A DNA stretch of 64,000 nucleotides from Prasinococcaceae sp. CCMP 1430. Its lineage: Eukaryota > Plantae > Prasinodermophyta. Positions within the stretch are counted from its first letter, which is position 1; every line of letters begins with the position of its first letter. Positions 1-8,998 of the stretch are shown piece after piece. The position numbers were made by a program, and so were the translations under genes. A model generated the notes under the pieces. The model had not been told where the DNA came from and searched no databases. It worked only from the letters and a program-made list of their open reading frames with translations. The stretch spans positions 81,299-145,298 of the forward strand of contig RQSC01000026.1 in assembly GCA_013416795.1 (NCBI GenBank). Direction: 5' to 3'.

Positions 1-53
1 GGGGAGGAGGTGGCTGCTATCGAGCACGGCAACGTGTGACTTCACAAGTGGAC

Positions 54-120
54 CACACACACACACACAAACGCACACAGAAACGCACGCACACACGCAC
101 ACACACACACGCACACACCA
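54..120. repeat. Imperfect (CA)n microsatellite; a (TG)n tract also lies at ~348-366
   Basis: Directly visible cacacacac/cacgcac run. Confidence 0.9.
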
Positions 121-436
121 CCACTCGTGCGCGCTCCGCACAGTACTGTAATACTCCGGATGGCGATTGCCGTGCGAAGAACTTTTTGGTTTCAGCGTGT
201 GCGCTCATTAGGGTTAAATGTACAGTAGGGTCTTGGCCGGGGGCGCGCGCGGCCGGCGGCTGCGCGCCCGTAGGGCACAGCGCGCGGCGGCGTCCCCGGG
301 GCGCAGCGCCGCGGCGCGCGCGGCCGGGGGTGGCGAGGGGGTGGCAGGTGTGTGTGTGTGTGTGTGGATGCGCGGTGGCACAGCGCGCGCGCCGAGCATA
401 CCCGCGGGAGGAGCGGCGGGGGGGGGGTGGCACACC

Positions 437-1215
437 ATGGTGTCGGCGACGTTCGGCGACGGCGGCCGCCAGGGGGCGCGGCGCGGCGCGCTCGAGCAGA
501 GCGGCGGCAGCAAGTGCAAGAAGCAGAAGAAGACGTTCACGCAGAAGGTCGAGATGCAGGAGGGCGGGGGGAAGAGCTGCCGCTCGGGGGGTGGGAAGCG
601 CGGCGGGCAGGTCAAGGTGAGACGCCGCCATGAGCGCCCGCGTGCCGCGTGCGCGCGGCGACGCGCCTCGCGTGCCAGAAACAGGCGGGTGCGCGCGGAC
701 GAGCGCGAGGGCGGGCGCCAACCCCGCCAGCGCGGTCGCTGACGCAGCGCGACGGCGCCGTTGGATCGCCCGCCGCCGGCACGCGCGCGCGCAGGCCCTG
801 CGTGACCTGGAGAAGGGCGGCTACATGAAGCGTGCAGCCCGTGCTGAGCCGACCAACCGCATGTTCCAGATGCCGCCCGCGGTCACGAACGCTTTCGAGC
901 GCAACTCTGCCTTCCTCAAGCGCGCGTTCAGCCTCGAAACGCTGCTGAGGTCCGAGACAGCCCGCCGCCCCGCGCGCAGTTCTCGCGCCTGCGCCTCACA
1001 GGCGCCTTGAATCGCATCGCCGCGCCCTGCGGAGCGGACGACCGCTGACGCGCCAACACCCCATCTGCTGCGCCACCTTCGTCGCTCCCAGACCGCTCCC
1101 CTCAGGCCTTGCGCTGGGGCTGGAGCGCAACCTCAAGTTCCTCGGCAAAAGCGCCACGCAGCTCTTCACCGGCGAAGGCGTCGCCAACGCCAAGACGGCC
1201 ATTGGCAAGAAGTAG
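437..1215 (+). CDS. Small basic hypothetical protein, 3 exons (437-616, 795-949, 1092-1215)
   Basis: Both GT-AG introns have a CTGAC branch site and keep the frame: MVSATFG...QVK|ALRDLEKGGYMKRAARAEP...LLR|PLPSGLALGLERNLKFLG...KK*. Confidence 0.75.
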
Positions 1216-1380
1216 TAAGATAGAGATTGTTCTGACGCGGAGGAGCTCTCTTACGATGCCCCTCGTGCGCCCATGCAATCCTGAGCTACTACAGTAGCTA
1301 CAGTCGCTAGAGTGTGTATGTTTGTGCACACGCGCAAGGCACGCGCGGCCATTGCGGCGACACGACAGGCACGGCGTGTC

Positions 1381-1794
1381 CTATCGCGCTGAGCGTGTCG
1401 CCGCAGCGGGGTGCGCCCCATTATTACCACTGCCGGGGTCGTACAAGTCCAACTCCACCGCAAGCGGCCAGTGGCCATGCACAGTTGTTTGCAGGTAGAA
1501 GCCGTAGCCCGCGTCGGCGCACGGTGTCTCTGAGCGCGCGAGAGAGAGCCCGGGCTCGAAGGCGCGGTACATCCAGAAGAGCAATGGCCTCAGGCATGTT
1601 TCGCCGCAGTGGCCAGCTCCTGCGTCAATGCTCGTGTACTTGGCAAGGCCGCGCGAGGCGTTGCAAAACTCGCAGCACGGCGCACCCACATCCACCGCAC
1701 GGCCCGCGGAGCACGCGAGCACGAGGGCCAGTGCGAGCGAGGGCGCAGCGGCGCCGAGCACGCCGCGCGGTGTGCCGCGCCGCCGCCACGCCAT
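1381..1794 (-). CDS. Small secreted Cys-rich protein (137 aa), unknown function
   Basis: Hydrophobic signal (LALALVLAC) followed by CCEFC..KYTSID..HCGETC..FEPGL..PC..GY..Y..T.HG..LDLY. Confidence 0.65.
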   Translation of the reverse strand: MAWRRRGTPRGVLGAAAPSLALALVLACSAGRAVDVGAPCCEFCNASRGLAKYTSIDAGAGHCGETCLRPLLFWMYRAFEPGLSLARSETPCADAGYGFYLQTTVHGHWPLAVELDLYDPGSGNNGAHPAAATRSAR

Positions 1795-2051
1795 CGCCAC
1801 GTCACGCCGGAAAGCGCCGCGCGCAGCGCCACGCAGCGTCGCGCCCGCCTGCGCGCCACGCTGTGCCGCGCTGCGTGTGGGCGTAGTGTTTCGCACTCGG
1901 CGAACAGCCCGAAACGTGCTGCGTGGGTTTGTGCGAGAGAGGCTCCAGCCGCCACACAGCGCGCGCGTGCGAGTGAGCGAGCGCGAGCGAGCGAGCGTGA
2001 GCGCACGGAAAGGGTGGAGGGGGGTTGTCCCCGGCGGGGCCGGCGACCGCC

Positions 2052-2942
2052 ATGGTGTGCATCCGGCAGGCGACGGTCGACGACCTCTTCGCCATGCAGG
2101 CGGCCAACCTGTGGTGCCTGCCCGAGAACTACCAGATGAAGTACTACCTCTATCACTTCCTCTCCTGGCCGCAGCTGCTCTACGTCGCCGAGGATGCCGC
2201 CGGCGCCATCGTCGGCTACGTTCTCGCCAAGATGGAGGAGGACGCAAAGGTACGAGGGCGCCGGCGCGGGAGCGAGCGAAGGACAGTCAGTGTAAGTGGC
2301 CGGGCAGCCCTCCGTGGCCTGCGCCACTAAGGGATCTGTCCGACAGCGACAGTGCCGGCCGGCAGCACGTGGGAGCGCGCAAAGCGCGCGTGCCGTGCGC
2401 GCGTGGGGGACCACGCGCGCACGGGTCGCGAGCATGCGCGGTCGCTCCCGCGGCCGCCGGCCACCGCGACAGATGCACGCACTCGTGCGCACCCGCGCAC
2501 GTGTCCAAACCCTCCGCTGACACACGTGCGACTGCGCGCGCGCGAGCAGGTCCCGCACGGCCACATCACCTCCCTTGCCGTGCTGCGCACGCACCGTAAG
2601 CTGGGCCTCGCGACGCGCCTCATGCGCGCCGCGCATGCGTCCATGCAGGAGGTCTTCAACGCGGAGTACGTCAGCCTGCACGTGCGCAAGTCGAACCGCG
2701 CCGCGTTCACGCTGTACACGCGCGCGCTCGAGTATGAGATCAACGGCATCGAGGAGAAGTACTACGCGGATGACGAGGACGCATACGACATGCGCAAGGC
2801 TTTCCCTAAGCGCGGCAGCGTGGACGACAAGGCGGGCGAGAAGGATAAGGCCGAGGCCAATGGGGCGGAGGAGGCAACGGAGCGGCAGGCCGTCGAGGCT
2901 GGCGACGGTGCGGCCACAACGCAGTACGCCGAGCCAAAGTAG
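2052..2942 (+). CDS. NAA10: N-terminal acetyltransferase A catalytic subunit (ARD1/NAA10), exons 2052-2249 and 2550-2942
   Basis: [20 protein letters not shown]; [19 protein letters not shown]; SLHVRKSN; [13 protein letters not shown]. Confidence 0.97.
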
Positions 2943-3099
2943 CGAGTAATAGCGACGTATCGGGTTTCCCACGGAACGAGCGCGCACTCGCACACGCGCG
3001 CGCACTCGGAGTTGGGGGCGCGTCTGCCCGCGGGCTCGAAGATGGTACCGTTACGGAGGGGCGCACGCATGCTTCTGTTGCGGCCAGCGCCGCCCTCGC

Positions 3100-6000
3100 T
3101 CAGTCCCGCGCGCCCGCGCTGACGGCGGGAGTGTGCTCGAGCTCGTCGGGAAGCGTGTCGAGGATGGAGCCGCGGTCCAAGCGCGGCGCCCCACCGCCTC
3201 CCGCGGCGGCGGCGGTGGCGCCCTCCTCCAAATCTGCGGCGACGAGGCTCGCGCGCGCGGCGGCCGCCGCCTCGAGCTTAAGCGCACGCGTGAGCGTCTG
3301 CCGCTGCAGCGCCGAGAACGAACCCTTGGACACCAAGTCGACGTCGTCGATCATGACGAGTATGCGCTGTATGACCGCCTCGGTGGTGGCATTGGGACTC
3401 ACGCCGTCGGTGCGCATCTCATCCAGGAGCCCCGCGATGAGGTGGAACTCGCCGCCTGCGGCCACCGCGAGGAGCAGCGTGTTGTACACCATCACGTCGC
3501 GCTCGAGGCCCTCCTCGCGCATGCTTTCGAAGGCCTGCATGGCCTGGTCGGTGAGGCCGCGCTTGCCCAGACAGTCGATGAGCGCCGAGTACGTGTACGC
3601 GTTGGGCGCGTGCCCCCGCGCGCGCATACGCGCCAGCAGCCCTGCCGCCATCTCGACGTCGTTGCAGTTGGATGCTGCCTCGACGCCAACGGTGTAGATG
3701 ATCTCGTCGCCCACCCCCACCTCCTCCGCGCGCGCGAGCCAGGCCTCAACGGCCCTCGCATCGCCTGCGCGGCCCGCGGCGGCGACCGCGTGCGTGAGCG
3801 TGATCACGTGCGTGCTCACCAGTCCATCGCGCAGGTCTTGGTCGAGGCGCGCTAGCAGAACCTCCACGACGTCTCCCGCCTGCGCGGCCGCTGCGGACTT
3901 GAGCGCGGCCGAGTAGGTGATGTGATTAGGATGCAGCTTTGACGCCCACATGAGCTTCATCACGTCCAGCACGTGATGCACCGTCTCCTGGGTGCAGAAT
4001 TTGGAGACAGCTACCGTGCACACGCGGTGCGCGCGGCGCACGCGGTTGAGGCGTGCCACGGCGTTGTTGGCGCCGCCGCCGCCGCCCGCACCCGCGCCGC
4101 CTTTCGCGCCACTTCCGCGCCCACTGCGCCGCTCCGCGCGGTGGAAATTGTGCGTGACGCGGTCGATGGCCTTGACGGCGAGCTTGTAGTCGGCGTGCTC
4201 GAGCGCGGCGTAGACCATCTTGATGTTGACATCGTTTGGAATGCGGTCCTTAGCGCAGCCGTAGGCGTATGACCACTTCATACCCTCCCAGTGGCCGCAT
4301 GCCTCGAGCGCAGTGAAGGCCGTGCGGAAGGCATAGGCATCCATCTCGATGCCGTCCTCGAGCATGCGCTGCAGAAGCGAGCAGATGGCGACCGGGTTTC
4401 CGCGCTCGCCGAGGACGCGCATGATAGTTGTGTACATCGCGATGTGATCTTGCACCATGACCACGTCTGCGTCCGCACTGAGGACCTCCCAGACGTCCTC
4501 AACGACCTCAGGCCGCCCCGCACGCAGCGCCGAACTCACCACTTGCGTGCACGTGAACCAGTCGGGGTCCAGCGCGTACTCGCCCATCTCCTCCCACCAA
4601 CCGATGACCGCCGCGTCATTCGGCTTGCCGCGTGCGCTGCCCGCACCTTTGCTGCCGCGCGCGCCCGTACCCGTGCCCGCGCGTGCGATGGACATGGATA
4701 TGTTGTAGTCCTCCGTGGATGGCTCGAGCTCCATCTCGCGCATGAGGACCAGCATGGACTCGGCGTTGCGCGCGTCGCCAGCGGAGAGCGCCTGCCGCAT
4801 CACCGCGTGCGGCACCAGCGCGCCGCGCGCGTTTGCGCCGTCCACGATCCGCTCCACGAAGTCGAGCATGCGCCCGTCCGAGCTCTCACGCCCTATCGTC
4901 TTGCCCGCGGCGCGCAGGATGCGCGGCACCTGGTGGCGCACGGGATGCGTGCCGGGGCTCGCGCCTTGCGCGTTGCTGCCCGCGCTGCCACCGTCACCCA
5001 CGCTGCCGCTGCCGCTGGCCTCATCCTCCTCGTCGTCGTCCTCGTCGTCGCTGAAGTCGCTCTCGTATCCTGATGCCGTCTGCCCTCGCACGAGCTTCTC
5101 CACCGCGTCCTGCTCGAGGAAGTCGAGCACCGCTTGGCAGGAATCGGCTCCGTGCCTGTCGGTAATGGAAAGCGCGGCAATGTACGTGCCCAGCCGCGGC
5201 CCCACGGCGTCCCTCTCGCTTAGTTCGCGGAGCACGTCGACCACGCGCGCGGGCTCGCCGCACTCGCACGCCGCGGAGAAATACGCCACGTAGGGCGAGT
5301 TGGATACTGTGTCCGAGAGCGCGGCCCCACAGTCGGCCGTGTACTCCGAGAGCGCGCCAGTGGCGCTCTCCAGGTCACCCGCCGCACCGAAGGCCGAGAT
5401 GAGGATCTGATAGACGACATGGTTGGGGCGCAGCCCGTCGGCGCGTAGCTGGTCGAGCAACCGGCGCGCATCGTCGAGTCGGCGCGCCTTGGCGCACGCG
5501 TCGAGCGTGCTCGCATAGGCGATGAGGTCGGGCGGCTGTCCCGCACCGGCGTCGGCGTCGGCGCGGATGGCCTCGAGCAGCGTCAGCGCGCGGTCCACAT
5601 CGCCCACGGCGCCCGCCGCCGTGATTCCCACCGTGTACGCCACGCAGTCGACGCTGATGCCGGCCGACGGCATGAACTCGAGCACCTCGAGCGCGCGCCG
5701 CGGCAGTCCCTGCTGCACGAGAAGGCCCATGAGCTTGGTCCAGCTGACGGCCGACCAGTCCAGAGACGCCAGCACGTCGCTCATTTCGTCGCTCTCTGCG
5801 TCGCTCAGGCCCTCCGCGCCCCCGGCGGCGCCCGCGCCGTCGCCCGACAGCCGGGCGATGTGCTTGGCGACGCGCTCCGCAGGCACGCGGCGATGTGCGC
5901 GTGTGCCGCGCACGGGTGCTCCGCCCGGTGCCGTCACGCCGATGGCGACCGCCGACCCGTTGTGCAGGGCGAGGTCGAACTCCACCCGCTCGCCCTCGGC

Positions 6001-6360
6001 GAGCGCGCGCATGCCCCTGCAGCGAACGTTGGAGTGGTGCACGAAGACGTGCCCGCCGCTCTCGGCGCGGCCCGCGCGCGCTGCCGCCTTGGGCACGCCC
6101 GCCGCAACATCGGCGGCGTCGGCCTCGGCGTCGGCCTCGGCAAGCGCGGCCGCAGCGTCGGCTGCGCTCGACTCGCCGACCTCGATGAAGCCGTAGCCCT
6201 TCAGCGAGTCGAACCAGCGCACGGTGCCGTCAAAGCGCTGCGACGACAGCACGCGCGGCCTCCTGTTGGAGGGGCGCGCTGGCTTTGCCTCCGTCGCGCC
6301 CGCCGCCGCACGCGCTGGCCGCGGGGTCGCAGCAGCCGCGGCTGCGGCTACGTCGTCAAG
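3100..6360 (-). CDS. Cold-shock-domain plus pentatricopeptide-repeat (PPR) protein; 5' end uncertain
   Basis: CSD: GTVRWFDSLKGYGFI...VFVHHS...LAEGERVEF. Multiple ~35-aa PPR motifs (e.g. PNAYTYSALIDCLGKRGLTDQAMQAFESMREEG). Probable splice acceptor at 6362-6361. Confidence 0.85.
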   Translation of the reverse strand, partial: LDDVAAAAAAATPRPARAAAGATEAKPARPSNRRPRVLSSQRFDGTVRWFDSLKGYGFIEVGESSAADAAAALAEADAEADAADVAAGVPKAAARAGRAESGGHVFVHHSNVRCRGMRALAEGERVEFDLALHNGSAVAIGVTAPGGAPVRGTRAHRRVPAERVAKHIARLSGDGAGAAGGAEGLSDAESDEMSDVLASLDWSAVSWTKLMGLLVQQGLPRRALEVLEFMPSAGISVDCVAYTVGITAAGAVGDVDRALTLLEAIRADADAGAGQPPDLIAYASTLDACAKARRLDDARRLLDQLRADGLRPNHVVYQILISAFGAAGDLESATGALSEYTADCGAALSDTVSNSPYVAYFSAACECGEPARVVDVLRELSERDAVGPRLGTYIAALSITDRHGADSCQAVLDFLEQDAVEKLVRGQTASGYESDFSDDEDDDEEDEASGSGSVGDGGSAGSNAQGASPGTHPVRHQVPRILRAAGKTIGRESSDGRMLDFVERIVDGANARGALVPHAVMRQALSAGDARNAESMLVLMREMELEPSTEDYNISMSIARAGTGTGARGSKGAGSARGKPNDAAVIGWWEEMGEYALDPDWFTCTQVVSSALRAGRPEVVEDVWEVLSADADVVMVQDHIAMYTTIMRVLGERGNPVAICSLLQRMLEDGIEMDAYAFRTAFTALEACGHWEGMKWSYAYGCAKDRIPNDVNIKMVYAALEHADYKLAVKAIDRVTHNFHRAERRSGRGSGAKGGAGAGGGGGANNAVARLNRVRRAHRVCTVAVSKFCTQETVHHVLDVMKLMWASKLHPNHITYSAALKSAAAAQAGDVVEVLLARLDQDLRDGLVSTHVITLTHAVAAAGRAGDARAVEAWLARAEEVGVGDEIIYTVGVEAASNCNDVEMAAGLLARMRARGHAPNAYTYSALIDCLGKRGLTDQAMQAFESMREEGLERDVMVYNTLLLAVAAGGEFHLIAGLLDEMRTDGVSPNATTEAVIQRILVMIDDVDLVSKGSFSALQRQTLTRALKLEAAAAARASLVAADLEEGATAAAAGGGGAPRLDRGSILDTLPDELEHTPAVSAGARD

Positions 6361-6875
6361 CTGCGCAGGCGTCGGCGCGCTTGGGGCGTGAGGTCGAGGC
6401 GCAGCGAGGGGAAGGGAAAGCGCGGGGTGGGTGGGCGGGGCGGGGGGGACGCGAGCGCCGCGCGCCCGCCCTGTGGCGCCGAGCAAACACCCGGCCGCTC
6501 TCTTTTTTTTTCCTTGGAAAAAAGGGAGAAAGGAAAATGTTTTCTGTACGAATGTACAGTGTACCATGGATGGTATGCACCATCCCGTACGAGCTGGCGG
6601 AGACCCTGAAAGGCGTGAACCCCATGAGGGGACAGAGGACGGACCCTCTGGAACCCGCGGGTCGGTCGGGGTGCCGTCCACGCGGGTGGAGGGGACAAGG
6701 CGACTCAGCGAGCAGTGCTTCGCGACGGGCAGCTGCCAGCTGCGCCTCGCCAAGGGTGCGCGGTTGGCGCTCAGCGAGGCGGGCGGGCAGCCAAGGTTCT
6801 TCGGCGTGATCGACGGCGCGGGGTGGCCTGAGTTGGGCGAGCGGTGGGAGTGCGAGTGCGTTCGTTACGTTACGT

Positions 6876-8385
6876 TCACGCCACCCCGAGGTCGGGCTCG
6901 CACGGGCACCCCCGGCCGAGCGTGCAGGCCCGGCTCGCGCAGCCCCTCCTCGCGGCACCGCCCCTGGGCGTGTTCAGGCGCTGTTCGAGCGTGCCGATGT
7001 GCTCGCACTCGTCCCAGCGATCCATGACGTCGGCGAACTCGTCCGCGGCCGCTCGCAAGCGCTCCGCGCCCGCCGCCTGCCACTGCTGCTCGAACACGAG
7101 CACGGCGCGCTCGTACACCAGCGACTCCATCTCCTCTCTCTCACGCAGGCGCTGTACTGCCGCTTCTGACAGCTCTTCCAACGCCGGAGGCATCATCCGT
7201 GCTGCGCGTTGGAGCTGCTCAGCCCTCGTCCGCTGGGGTGCGGGCGCAGGCGCCTCGGGGCCCTCGCCGCCCTCACGGTGGTGCGTGTCCGCCAGCTTGT
7301 GCCGCACGTGCACGCGCCCATACTGCATCGAATCGAGTCGCCAGCCCAGCATGTGTGCGGCCAGCGTGATCGAGTCTTCGAACCGATGGGTGAGGCCCAC
7401 GATGAAATCCCTCTCCAGCAGCGCCTGGACGTTGGTCGCGCACCGCTTCAGCTCCGTCTTGCAGCTGTCGTAAGCGACTGGCTCTCCCTCGAGGTCGTGG
7501 CAGCTCCTCCTCCTCGAGCACTTGGTGAACTGCCTTATGTAGTCGAAGCTGTTCGTCGTGAAGTGGTCGTAAAAGCTGTCGATGTCGCGCGCCGTCCATT
7601 CGGCGCCGATCGAGCTGTTCAGGCGATGGAAAGCGCGCACGCATGCGTCGCCGTACGGTATCGTCTCCAGGAGTTTGTCCATCTCGGCTCTTGTGCGCTG
7701 ATGGGGCTTCGTGCCTCTTTTGAGTCTTTTCAGGCATCGAATTGGGCGATGCGGCAGGCCAAGCTTAGCGGCCTCTTTGTCATTGGCCCAGAAGAAGAGC
7801 GAGCTCAAAACGCGGCTGAGGGGCTCACGCATCGTGACGAGGAAGCGACCCTCCGGCACCTGACGCTCGGCCGGTAGGCGCATGCACTGGGTCGCCGCCC
7901 TCACGCTCGATTGCTTGAACGTGGACTTGGTGCTACCGATCGTTGCGAGCGAGCAGCGGCCGTATCGGTTGTACACGCCGAGCGTGCTCTCATGATTCAC
8001 GTGCATGGGCAGCGCAGCACACGTTTCGTCCGCCGACGGGCAACCATTCGCCGCCTCGCCGCGCGCAGCGCCGCAGCGCTCCGCGAGCACCTTGGCGTGG
8101 TACGCAAAACAGCGCGGCGCGAGCACACGCGCAAACGCGCCGCCGCCGACCTTGTAGAGCTTGAGGTACATCAGGGGCGGGAAAGTCTCGTTGCGCGCGA
8201 ACACGCGCTGACACTGCGGCAGGTTTCCGGCCATTGGGAAGAGCGACGGGTCCGTCGCGACGTCCGCCGCCCCGCCGCTGCCGACGGCCGCGGCCAGCGC
8301 GGCCAGCGTCGCCTAGCGCGGCCGCCAGCGCCCGCCTGCCAGCGGCGGCAGCGCCGCAGCGGCCGCCGCGCGTGCGACCCTCCAT
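6876..8385 (-). CDS. Sulfotransferase-family protein (Gal-3-O/HNK-1-like, Golgi type); probable 1-nt frameshift near 8312
   Basis: 5'-PSB-like YLKLYKVGG; 3'-PB TMREPLSRVLSSLFF; FIVGLTHRFEDS. Removing one G restores a signal anchor. Confidence 0.7.
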
Positions 8386-8998
8386 CCCAACACCCGCCTG
8401 AGGGGAAGCCCTCCCGCTGGGGCCGCTCCCCCGGGCGCGCCTTGGTGTGGCGCGCAGCGCGCGTTCCCCGAGCGCCTGCACCAAGGCCGCGAGCAACGCC
8501 GCCGCGGTGTCACACCGGGCATCCCCACCCCGGTCACACCAATACCAGCTGATGGTATTAGTCGAGCTAGCTAGAGACCGTGATCTACGGCTTGCCCCGC
8601 AGTTGGAAAGCATACAGAGTGAGTGTGTCGGCTCCCCGCACCCACACCCGAAACAGCGGCTGGTCAGGAGGAGGAATGCGTTTTTGCGGGGGCGGCCGGC
8701 GCACCACAGCGCGAGCGGGGGGCCAGGCGGCCCCCGCCAGCCGCGGGGTCCAGCAGCGCCCTGCTCTGGGGGCAAGCGGGGGGGTGGGGGTGGGGGTGGA
8801 GGCGGTCGTGCGGGGACACCCTGGTCACGCACCGTCCTGCCCCGCCTCGCCCCGCCCTGCGCGCCGCAGGGGAGGCGCGCGGCCGTGGCGGCCAGCCGGG
8901 CCCCTGCGGCCGGCAGCGCGTGAGGCACTGCGAGGGCGTGGTGCGCGCGCAGGCGAAGTGGGGAAAGGCGTGTGCGCGAGGGTGCCAGCGGCGTGGTG

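Noticed and set aside
6567-7027. Plus-strand ORF (..QPRFFGVIDGAGWPELGERWECEC..)
   Set aside because: No recognisable family, and it overlaps the sulfotransferase 3' end; cannot be supported
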